DNA of 51,368 nt from Candidatus Moraniibacteriota bacterium (lineage in GTDB: Bacteria > Patescibacteriota > Minisyncoccia > JAHIHE01 > JAGLIN01): NCBI GenBank assembly GCA_030638895.1, contig DAOWDS010000027.1, positions 1-51,368 on the forward strand, in the 5' to 3' direction. A program made the position numbers and the translations under genes. Shown here piece after piece: positions 36,238 to 45,299 of the stretch. Position 1 is the stretch's first letter, and each line of letters opens with the position of its first letter. Below the pieces are notes generated by a model. The model was given only the letters and a program-made list of their open reading frames with translations, did not search any database and was not told the DNA's origin.

Positions 36238-39069
36238 ATGATAGAAGAAAACATAGTAATAAAAGGAGCAAGAGTTCATAATTTAAAAAATATTGATATA
36301 AATATACCGAGAGGAAAGCTTGTGGTTATAACTGGCCCCTCTGGATCAGGAAAATCATCGCTTGCGTTTGACACTATTTATGCAGAAGGACAGAGAAGAT
36401 ATTTGGAAAATATATCAAATTATCCGAAGCAGTTTATGAATTTTATGAGCAAGCCGGATGTAGATCAGATTGAAGGATTGTCTCCTGCTATTTCTATTGA
36501 CGATAAGAGCTCTGCCAAAACGCCGCGCTCAACTGTTGGAACCATGACTGAAATCTATAATTATCTCAGGATACTTTTTGCATCTCGCGGAGAGGCTCAT
36601 TGTGTGAAGTGTGACGGAGAGCTGAATAAACAAAGTCCAGGAAAAATTGTGGATATTATAAACAATTTTCCAAAAGATTCTCGCGTTATAATTATGGCTC
36701 CTGTTTTGCAGCAAGAAATTGCCGATTGTTATTCTCTGATAAAAAAATATGATAAAATCGGATATCAGAGAATTAGAATAGATGGCGAGATAAAACAAAT
36801 AAAAGAAGCGCTAAATGGCAGTATTGAAAAAGACAAACCTCATGACATTGATATTATTGTGGACAAGTTCTCTTTTACTGAAAACAAGGCAAGATATGAA
36901 AGTATTTTAGATTCAATAGAAACAGCCATAGATCTTTCTTCTGGCTTTGTTACGGTAAATTATTTTTCTTTGGAAAAAGATAAAAATAAAGAATTTTTCT
37001 TTTCCAATCATCTTTATTGCAAAAATTGCAAAAATGTTTTTCTCAACATAGAGCCAAAACTTTTTTCATTTAACAGTCCATATGGAGCTTGTGGAGTTTG
37101 CACTGGATTGGGCATAAAATTAGAAATTGACTCAAGCCTTATAATTCCGAATAAGTCCCTAACTTTATTAGAGGGAGCAATAAGGCCGTGGGCAAATTTG
37201 TTAAACAGATGGGATGAATATGTTGGTATTTTAAAATATATTAACAAAAAATATGGCGTAGATATAAATATTCCAGTTGAGCAGATGAGCAAACAAGATT
37301 TAGACATAGTTTATCGCGGAGCCAAAAAAAAACAACATGTCAGCGTATTATCTTCTAGCCACGAAAATGATTTTCAAGGCGCGGTGAAAATTTTAGAACA
37401 AAAGTATTACGAAACGAATTCTGAATATATAAGAAATGAACTGGAAAAATATATGACAAAAAAACTTTGTCCGAATTGTGCTGGAGACAGGCTTAGCCGC
37501 GATGCTCTTGCCGTGAAGATTAATGGAAAATCTATTAGCGATATAACCAAAATGACTATTACCAAAGAAGTTGAATTTTTTGAAAATCTTGATGATGATT
37601 ATTTGAAAAAATCAAAACAAATAATAGAAGAAATTGTCAAAAGACTCAAGCTTCTTGAAAGTATTGGGCTTGATTATCTTTCTCTCTCAAGGTCTTCTGA
37701 GACTCTTTCAGCCGGAGAAGCAAGAAGAATAAAGCTTTCTACACAGCTAAGCTCTAGATTACATGGAATTCTTTATGTTTTAGATGAGCCCTCAATCGGA
37801 CTTCACAGAAAGGACAATAACAAGCTTCTTGACGCGATGAAAAAACTGAGAGATCTTGGAAATTCTATTCTAGTTGTTGAACATGACGACTTTTTTATCA
37901 GAAACGCTAATTATATCATAGATATGGGTCCAAAATCAGGCGAAGCCGGAGGGGAAATTGTCGCGGTTGGAACTTTAAAACAAATTATGAAAATTCAATG
38001 TATTACCGGTTGTTATCTTTCGGGGAAAAGAAAGATTGAAATTCCTAAAAAACAAAGAAAAGGAAACGGTTATGAAATAATTATAAAAGGAGCTAGTGAA
38101 AATAATTTAAAAAATATTGATGTTAAAATATCCCTTGGAAAATTTGTCTGCGTGACAGGAGTTTCTGGCAGCGGAAAATCTACATTAATAAATGACATTC
38201 TTTCAAGGGCTTTGTTAAAAAAGTTGCACCGGGCGCAAACAGAACCAGGAAAACACAAGGCTATAATCGGCGATAGAAAAATCAGCAAGATAATAAGCAT
38301 TGACCAGTCTCCAATTGGCAGAACTCCAAGGAGCAATCCGGCGACTTATACCGGCATCTTCACTCATATTAGAGATTTATTTGCCGCGACGAGCGAAGCA
38401 AAAAGAAGAAAATATAAAGCAGGGCATTTCAGTTTTAATGTCAAAGGCGGCAGATGCGAAAATTGCAAAGGTGATGGAGCAACAAAAATAGAAATGTATT
38501 TTTTGCCAGACGTGTACGCAGAGTGCGAGCAGTGCCAAGGCAAGAGATATAACAGCGAAACACTGGAAGTTGAATATAAAGGAATAAAAATTTCAGAAGT
38601 TTTAGATATGTCTATAAAACAAGCCCTTGGTTTTTTCAGAGACATTCCTATTTTGTACAGCAAATTATCAGTTCTGAATGATGTAGGGCTTGGCTATATG
38701 AGACTGGGGCAAAGCGCGATCACTCTTTCTGGAGGAGAGGCGCAAAGAATAAAACTCTCAACTGAACTTGCTCGCCCAGTCAAAGAAGGAAAGACTTTAT
38801 ATATTCTTGATGAGCCGACTGTAGGACTTCACTTTGAAGATGTAAGAAAGCTTCTTGGAGTTTTAAATAAATTAGTTGATAGAGGAAACACGGTTATTGT
38901 TATTGAGCATAATCTTGAAGTGGTAAAATGCGCTGACTGGATCATTGATCTTGGTCCGGATGGAGGTGATAAAGGCGGATATATTGTTGCAGAAGGAACA
39001 CCAAAGCAAGTTATGAAACGCAAAGAAAGTTGGACGGGGGAGTATTTGAAGGAAGTATTAAAAAACTAA
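36238..39069 (+). CDS. uvrA: excinuclease ABC subunit A
   Basis: It has two ABC ATPase modules ([14 protein letters not shown] and [13 protein letters not shown]), LSGGE signatures and zinc-finger CxxC pairs. It is full length. Confidence 0.97.
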   Translation: MIEENIVIKGARVHNLKNIDINIPRGKLVVITGPSGSGKSSLAFDTIYAEGQRRYLENISNYPKQFMNFMSKPDVDQIEGLSPAISIDDKSSAKTPRSTVGTMTEIYNYLRILFASRGEAHCVKCDGELNKQSPGKIVDIINNFPKDSRVIIMAPVLQQEIADCYSLIKKYDKIGYQRIRIDGEIKQIKEALNGSIEKDKPHDIDIIVDKFSFTENKARYESILDSIETAIDLSSGFVTVNYFSLEKDKNKEFFFSNHLYCKNCKNVFLNIEPKLFSFNSPYGACGVCTGLGIKLEIDSSLIIPNKSLTLLEGAIRPWANLLNRWDEYVGILKYINKKYGVDINIPVEQMSKQDLDIVYRGAKKKQHVSVLSSSHENDFQGAVKILEQKYYETNSEYIRNELEKYMTKKLCPNCAGDRLSRDALAVKINGKSISDITKMTITKEVEFFENLDDDYLKKSKQIIEEIVKRLKLLESIGLDYLSLSRSSETLSAGEARRIKLSTQLSSRLHGILYVLDEPSIGLHRKDNNKLLDAMKKLRDLGNSILVVEHDDFFIRNANYIIDMGPKSGEAGGEIVAVGTLKQIMKIQCITGCYLSGKRKIEIPKKQRKGNGYEIIIKGASENNLKNIDVKISLGKFVCVTGVSGSGKSTLINDILSRALLKKLHRAQTEPGKHKAIIGDRKISKIISIDQSPIGRTPRSNPATYTGIFTHIRDLFAATSEAKRRKYKAGHFSFNVKGGRCENCKGDGATKIEMYFLPDVYAECEQCQGKRYNSETLEVEYKGIKISEVLDMSIKQALGFFRDIPILYSKLSVLNDVGLGYMRLGQSAITLSGGEAQRIKLSTELARPVKEGKTLYILDEPTVGLHFEDVRKLLGVLNKLVDRGNTVIVIEHNLEVVKCADWIIDLGPDGGDKGGYIVAEGTPKQVMKRKESWTGEYLKEVLKN

Positions 39070-39134
39070 ATTTTATAACATAGTTTTTTTATGATATAGT
39101 AAAATATAATAGAATTCATATTAGGTTTTTATAA

Positions 39135-39218
39135 TTGTCATTTCGATCATCAGCGAGAAATCTGTAAACTTAGCCATTTCCACGCTATCAGATTTCTCGC
39201 GAGGCGCTTGAAATGACA
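39135..39218. repeat. TTGTCATT-family palindromic element
   Basis: The arms are TTGTCATTTCGATCATCAGCGAGAAATCTG and CAGATTTCTCGCGAGGCGCTTGAAATGACAG. Confidence 0.75.
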
Positions 39219-39288
39219 GACAAAAGTTATAGTTGTTTTTTGGCTATATTAAGCTAACTATAGAAATAACTCGCTATGAGTTCATATA

Positions 39289-39312
39289 CTTTGAAACTCC
39301 CAAGTATCAAAG
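39289..39312 (-). repeat. 24-nt hairpin motif copy 1 (inverted): CTTTGATACTTGGGAGTTTCAAAG
   Basis: The plus strand reads CTTTGAAACTCCCAAGTATCAAAG. It is the exact reverse complement of copy 3. Confidence 0.85.
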
Positions 39313-39335
39313 TATATTGCAATTGTAACACGATT

Positions 39336-39367
39336 TTACATTTCTTCCAAATTACATTTCTTCCAAA
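39336..39367 (+). repeat. perfect 16-nt tandem duplication TTACATTTCTTCCAAA x2
   Basis: It is seen directly, between hairpin-motif copies 1 and 2. Confidence 0.9.
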
Positions 39368-39393
39368 TTTTTGTACAGATAACTTAATTCCTA

Positions 39394-39417
39394 CTTTAAT
39401 ACTTGGGAGTTTCAAAG
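39394..39417 (+). repeat. 24-nt hairpin motif copy 2 (one mismatch), 31 nt upstream of the TrpR-like start
   Basis: CTTTAATACTTGGGAGTTTCAAAG. Confidence 0.85.
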
Positions 39418-39448
39418 TTTTACTGATTAAAAAATTAAAAATAAAATT

Positions 39449-39919
39449 ATGAGCAGAGTTAACCCTAGGGCGTTGGATTCAAACTCCAAAATGAAATATT
39501 TGGATTTACTTTGGACATCAATTGCTCAATTAGAAACAAGAGAAGAAACAAAACATTTTTTTAAAGATCTTTTAAGTGAAAGCGAAGCTATAATGCTAGC
39601 CAGGAGAATTGAAGTTGCTAAGCGTTTAATAGAAGGAGAGTCGTATGGTAAAATCGCCATTGATTTAAAGGTTGGGACAGACACAATTAGTCGGGTTCAA
39701 CAATGGCTTACATCTGGTTATGGCGGATATGAAAAAGCGGTTGCCGGTTTTAGCAAAAAGTTAGATCAAAGGCTTAACAAATATTCAAAAACAAAAAAAG
39801 AGCCACCTTATACCTTTGGTTGGATAAAGCAGAAATATCCTTTGCACTTTTTAATTTTTAATTTACTTTCTAATAATAAAAACGATAATGGCAATCAAAA
39901 ACGCAAGAGAAAGCGGTGA
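39449..39919 (+). CDS. TrpR-like (YerC/YecD family) DNA-binding protein with a basic C-terminal tail
   Basis: FFKDLLSESEAIMLARRIEVAKRLIEGESYGKIAIDLKVGTDTISRV matches the Trp-repressor-related HTH pattern of YerC/YecD proteins. Confidence 0.75.
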   Translation: MSRVNPRALDSNSKMKYLDLLWTSIAQLETREETKHFFKDLLSESEAIMLARRIEVAKRLIEGESYGKIAIDLKVGTDTISRVQQWLTSGYGGYEKAVAGFSKKLDQRLNKYSKTKKEPPYTFGWIKQKYPLHFLIFNLLSNNKNDNGNQKRKRKR

Positions 39920-39960
39920 CGGAAAAACTCGATTATTCAATAGTATAATTATTTCCATTG

Positions 39961-39984
39961 CTTTGATACTTGGGAGTTTCAAAG
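39961..39984 (+). repeat. 24-nt hairpin motif copy 3, 41 nt downstream of the TrpR-like stop
   Basis: CTTTGATACTTGGGAGTTTCAAAG, extended to the stem GCTTTGA/TCAAAGC at 39960-39985. Confidence 0.85.
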
Positions 39985-40035
39985 CAAAAAGTATACGATG
40001 TTTTTGTTTAAGGTTTAGGGCCGTTGTAAATCCTA

Positions 40036-40070
40036 AATAAAAAAAGAAACCTTTCAAAAAATTGAAAGGT
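40036..40070 (-). terminator. rho-independent terminator of the 40087-40521 gene
   Basis: The minus strand reads ACCTTTC-AATTTTTT-GAAAGGT followed by TTCTTTTTTTATTT. Confidence 0.65.
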
Positions 40071-40086
40071 GAGAGGATTAACCTCG

Positions 40087-40521
40087 TTAATTCGATTTAA
40101 ATGGCTTTTTTAAAACACCATTATCGTTTATTATTATCATGCCTGGTTTTATCTCATCAAGATCAATATGCTCAACTGATATCTTATAATATACCGTCTC
40201 TGGTCTGTTGTGTGGAACAACGGTTATATACGCGAATCCGTTTTCAACACTGAACATTTTTATGCTCAATGGCAAATACTCTGGCGGCATTTGGTTTTCA
40301 ATCGGGTATCCTTTTGTAGAATCGGCAACCATGCAGGATGTTCCAAAAATTACAAGAATTATGCTCACGGCAGTAAAAAGAAGAGACATAAACAAATTTG
40401 TTTTTTCTCTCTCAAAGACGGTAATTGTCAACGCTATAAGTCCTGCTAATACAAAAGACGCTCCAAGAAGCATGTCGCTTATCATTTTTTTCCTCCGGAT
40501 CAAGTCCTTTTTGTTAGCCAA
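40087..40521 (-). CDS. hypothetical two-TM membrane protein with a beta-rich C-terminal domain
   Basis: It has a basic N-terminus and two hydrophobic helices. A terminator lies downstream. I recognise no family. Confidence 0.5.
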   Translation of the reverse strand: MANKKDLIRRKKMISDMLLGASFVLAGLIALTITVFEREKTNLFMSLLFTAVSIILVIFGTSCMVADSTKGYPIENQMPPEYLPLSIKMFSVENGFAYITVVPHNRPETVYYKISVEHIDLDEIKPGMIIINDNGVLKKPFKSN

Positions 40522-40615
40522 GCTTTCAACTTATAAACTGCCTATTTTAAGCAATTTATCCTATAATTTTTTATAAGAAACTAACAATAATAAATCTTAT
40601 CATAATAATAAGAAT

Positions 40616-41674
40616 ATGTCAACTGACCAAACTAAACTCGAAAAACAAATCATTGCTACGGTTGTTTATTACGATATTTTAAATTATCCTCTCACTGGCT
40701 TTGAGATTTTTTCATATTTGATTAAAGGCAATATAAATGTCATATCAAGCTTATTGAACCACAATGTCCTTCAACAAGACCAGAATGATAATAAAAAATT
40801 GGAAATTGTAAATTTAAAACTAAGCGATATTATAGAAACATTGGATACTAATGAATTTTTGAAAAATAATTTAGATCAAAAACTTGGTTTTTATTTTTTG
40901 AAAGGTAGAGAAGAAATCGTTCAAGAAAGATCGGATAGAAAAAAAATTTGGGATAAAAAATGGAAGAAATCAAAAAGAATATTTTGGATTATGCAAATTG
41001 CGCCCTTTTCAAGATTAGTTATGGGAAGCGGGTCATTTTCTCTCGGAAACACCAGAAAAGATTCCGATATAGATTTAATGATTGTCGCGAAAAAAGGAAG
41101 AATATGGACCGTTAGAACATTTTTTACTTTTTTGACATCATTATTAAAAGTTAGAAGACATAAAGACAGAACGGAAGATATGATATGCTTAAATCACTAT
41201 ATTACTGATAAATCTTTGAGAATTCCTTTTGAAAGTTTATACACGGCGCAACTCTATTGTCACATTCTAAGCATTTATGATAGTAATGAAGATAGAAAAT
41301 TATTTTTGAAATTTCAAAAAGAAAATGAATGGATGAAAAAATATCTTGAAAATTATGAATTTTCAGCATTGGAAGGGCTCAGAAGCATTAAGAAAAATAA
41401 GGTTCTTTCATTTATCTCAAAATTATTTGAATTTATTCTATCTGGAAAAATAGGGGATCGCTTTGAAAAAAAAATGTCCGAAATTCAAACTAACAGAATT
41501 AAAAAAGATCCGCTTAATATGAAAAAGGGCGGGCGAATTACTATTAGCGATAAGCAGCTCGAATTTCATCCTGATTCTCACGAAAGTCGTATTATTCCAA
41601 AATTTAATCAAAAAATGCAAGAATTAGGAGTTCCCGAATTTGCCGATCAAAAAGACTCGGGGTTGAACGAATGA
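40616..41674 (+). CDS. Pol-beta-superfamily nucleotidyltransferase-fold protein with an N-terminal extension
   Basis: The hG[GS]-x10-DhDh motif reads MGSGSFSLGNTRKDSDIDLMIV. The N-terminal YYDILNYPLTGFEIFSYL segment may be a winged helix. The gene ends in TGA. Confidence 0.45.
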   Translation: MSTDQTKLEKQIIATVVYYDILNYPLTGFEIFSYLIKGNINVISSLLNHNVLQQDQNDNKKLEIVNLKLSDIIETLDTNEFLKNNLDQKLGFYFLKGREEIVQERSDRKKIWDKKWKKSKRIFWIMQIAPFSRLVMGSGSFSLGNTRKDSDIDLMIVAKKGRIWTVRTFFTFLTSLLKVRRHKDRTEDMICLNHYITDKSLRIPFESLYTAQLYCHILSIYDSNEDRKLFLKFQKENEWMKKYLENYEFSALEGLRSIKKNKVLSFISKLFEFILSGKIGDRFEKKMSEIQTNRIKKDPLNMKKGGRITISDKQLEFHPDSHESRIIPKFNQKMQELGVPEFADQKDSGLNE

Positions 41675-41682
41675 TCATTCTA

Positions 41683-41710
41683 ACATTTAAACATTTAAAC
41701 ATTTAAACAA
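41683..41710. repeat. 8-nt tandem repeat (ACATTTAA)x3
   Basis: acatttaaacatttaaacatttaaacaa is seen directly. Confidence 0.85.
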
Positions 41711-41712
41711 TA

Positions 41713-41762
41713 CAATATTGGTTTGACAACAATATCGTTTGACCAACCTAATATTGTTCGAC
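41713..41762 (+). repeat. three tandem ~16-nt imperfect direct repeats (consensus AATATYGKTTYGAC)
   Basis: The units are CAATATTGGTTTGACA, ACAATATCGTTTGACC and CTAATATTGTTCGACT. Confidence 0.6.
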
Positions 41763-41926
41763 TTTATGGAGAACTTAAATCGCAAAGAACTTTGAAACTG
41801 CAACATTAACTTCTCGACTCGTTTCACTTGCTCGAAGAATATTAACATTTAAACATACAAATATGCTCCAGATTTTTTTATTTTTGTTAAAATATTAGTT
41901 TGTTAAAATGCTAAAATGATTTGGGG

Positions 41927-41954
41927 TTGACACTTTTTTAAAAGTGAATATAAT
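41927..41954 (+). promoter_or_regulatory. groESL promoter (TTGACA-16 nt-TATAAT)
   Basis: The -35 is TTGACA at 41927-41932 and the -10 is TATAAT at 41949-41954. It lies immediately upstream of CIRCE. Confidence 0.7.
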
Positions 41955-41958
41955 AATA

Positions 41959-41985
41959 TTAGCACTCAATAGGCTAGAGTGCTAA
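41959..41985 (+). promoter_or_regulatory. CIRCE operator (HrcA binding site)
   Basis: TTAGCACTC-AATAGGCTA-GAGTGCTAA is a perfect match to the TTAGCACTC-N9-GAGTGCTAA consensus. It lies upstream of groES. Confidence 0.92.
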
Positions 41986-42059
41986 AATATAGATTTAATA
42001 AATTTAATAATTTACTCGTTAATTCATAAAGAGCGAGTAAAAAAGAAAGGATGAGTTTT

Positions 42060-42353
42060 ATGAAATTAAAACCTCTTGGAAACAAAATTATTTTAGAGGC
42101 TGCTTCAAAAGAAGAAGTAACTAAAAGCGGGATTATTATTCCTGATACAGTAGATAAAGAAAAGCCAGAGCAAGCAACGGTTTTAGCAGTTGGTCCTGGA
42201 AGAGTTAATAAAGATGGAAGCAGAACCCCAGTAGATGTAAAAGTCGGCGATGTTGTTTTATTTTCAAAATATAGTCCAACAGAAATTAAATTAGAAAGTA
42301 AAGAATATCTCGTCGTTTCTGATGATGATATTATGGCGATTGTTGAAGGGTAA
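42060..42353 (+). CDS. groES: co-chaperonin GroES
   Basis: MKLKPLGNKIILE...GIIIPDT... The ATG at 42060 is 9 nt after AAAGGA and matches the usual GroES N-terminus. The ORF-track start at 42051 adds MSF. Confidence 0.95.
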   Translation: MKLKPLGNKIILEAASKEEVTKSGIIIPDTVDKEKPEQATVLAVGPGRVNKDGSRTPVDVKVGDVVLFSKYSPTEIKLESKEYLVVSDDDIMAIVEG

Positions 42354-42359
42354 ATTCTT

Positions 42360-42439
42360 TTGTCATTTCGAATCCCGATTAGGAGAGATTTAGAAAATTT
42401 TCAGATCCCTCAATCACTATCGCTCATTTCGAGATGACA
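42360..42439. repeat. TTGTCATT-family palindromic element inside the groES-groEL spacer
   Basis: The arms are TTGTCATTTCGAATCCCGATTAGGAGAGATTT and AGATCCCTCAATCACTATCGCTCATTTCGAGATGACAG. Confidence 0.7.
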
Positions 42440-42482
42440 GATAGAAATCTCTTGATATAAATTAATCTTAGAATAGATGAAA

Positions 42483-42508
42483 ATCCTGAAACGAGTTCAG
42501 GATGACAA
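42483..42508. repeat. TTGTCATT-family element (minimal hairpin) inside the groES-groEL spacer
   Basis: ATCCTGAA-ACGAG-TTCAGGAT followed by GACAA. Confidence 0.7.
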
Positions 42509-42519
42509 TAATTTAATAA

Positions 42520-44214
<1,695 letters not shown>

Positions 44215-44249
44215 TCGTATAGTGTATAACTTGTAACGTATAACTCGTT

Positions 44250-44280
44250 GGCTCCAGTCTTCTGAACTGGAGCCTTTTGT
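44250..44280 (+). terminator. rho-independent terminator after groEL
   Basis: GGCTCCAGT-CTTCTGA-ACTGGAGCC followed by TTTTGTG. Confidence 0.8.
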
Positions 44281-44350
44281 GAAAGTGGAATTTATCCTTT
44301 AGGGTTTTAAAAACCGTTGCAGATTATTTTAAATGAAATCCTAAAGAGCC

Positions 44351-44371
44351 TGTCCTGAATTCAGTTCAGGA
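44351..44371. repeat. TTGTCATT-family element (minimal variant)
   Basis: TGTCCTGAA-TTCAG-TTCAGGA. Confidence 0.45.
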
Positions 44372-44524
44372 ATAAATTTCGCGATGGCAAGCAAATGAAA
44401 TTTTAAAATGCGTGAAATTGATTTTTTTAATTTTTTTATTGCGCTAAAATATAATTATGCTAAAATATAGTTAATGAAAAAATTAATAAATTAACTAATA
44501 AATTTAAAGAAAGGAAACAAAAAT

Positions 44525-45082
44525 ATGGAAATGTATCTAATAATAATTTTGGTAGTTTTAGTTGTCCTTGGATTGTTGATAGTAATAATCTATAATGGAT
44601 TAATTAGGTTAAAAGTTAGAACAAATGAAGCATGGAGCGATATTGATGTACAGCTTAAGAGAAGATACGATTTAATTCCAAATCTGATTAATACTGTTAA
44701 GGGTTATGCAATTCATGAAAAAGAGCTTTTTGAAAATGTTACCCAAGCAAGAGCGAATGCAATGAACGCTCAAAATCCTGGAGAAAAAGGACAAACAGAA
44801 AATATGCTTACAGACGCCTTAAAAAGCCTGTTTGCGGTAAGTGAAAACTATCCGCAGCTTAGAGCCAACGAAAATTTTCTTGAACTTCAAAGAGAGCTTT
44901 CCGATACAGAGAACAAAATTCAAGCTTCAAGAAGATTTTACAACGGCAATGTTCGCGACTTGAATACAAAAATTCAAGTATTCCCAGACAGTATCGTTGC
45001 CAATATGCTGAAAATCGGGAAAAGAGAGTTTTTTGAAATTAACGAACCAAAAGAAAAAGAAACTCCAAAGGTTGAATTTTAG
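44525..45082 (+). CDS. lemA: LemA family protein
   Basis: It has an N-terminal TM helix. The LemA pattern is YN.L......V.EAWS.IDVQLKRR.DLIPNL...VKGY..HE...F..V..AR followed by ENYP.L.A...F..LQ.EL..TEN.I...R..YN. Confidence 0.9.
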   Translation: MEMYLIIILVVLVVLGLLIVIIYNGLIRLKVRTNEAWSDIDVQLKRRYDLIPNLINTVKGYAIHEKELFENVTQARANAMNAQNPGEKGQTENMLTDALKSLFAVSENYPQLRANENFLELQRELSDTENKIQASRRFYNGNVRDLNTKIQVFPDSIVANMLKIGKREFFEINEPKEKETPKVEF

Positions 45083-45112
45083 ATTATTATTATTCTGAAC
45101 AACAATAAGAAA

Positions 45113-45224
45113 TTCGTCATTTTGAGGAGGTACGACGAAGAATCCCGAGACTACTAAGCACAATTCGTATTGTTAAATTATATGAAACTTTTAACGAGAT
45201 CCTTCGCTCTGCTCAGGATGACGA
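45113..45224. repeat. TTGTCATT-family palindromic element (long form, TTCGTCATT variant)
   Basis: The arms are TTCGTCATTTTGAGGAGGTACGACGAAGAATCCCGAG and CGAGATCCTTCGCTCTGCTCAGGATGACGA. Confidence 0.7.
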
Positions 45225-45299
45225 TGGTTTGTTTCTTCAACATAAAAAGTAATTGTTATCCTGTAGCTATATACTCAAAATCTTTATAATAACACAAAA

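Noticed and set aside
42011-42041. The hairpin TTTACTCG-15 nt-CGAGTAAA in the groES 5' UTR, considered as an RNA thermometer.
   Set aside because: The stem ends before the AAAGGA ribosome-binding region and does not sequester it or the start codon. CIRCE already explains heat-shock control.
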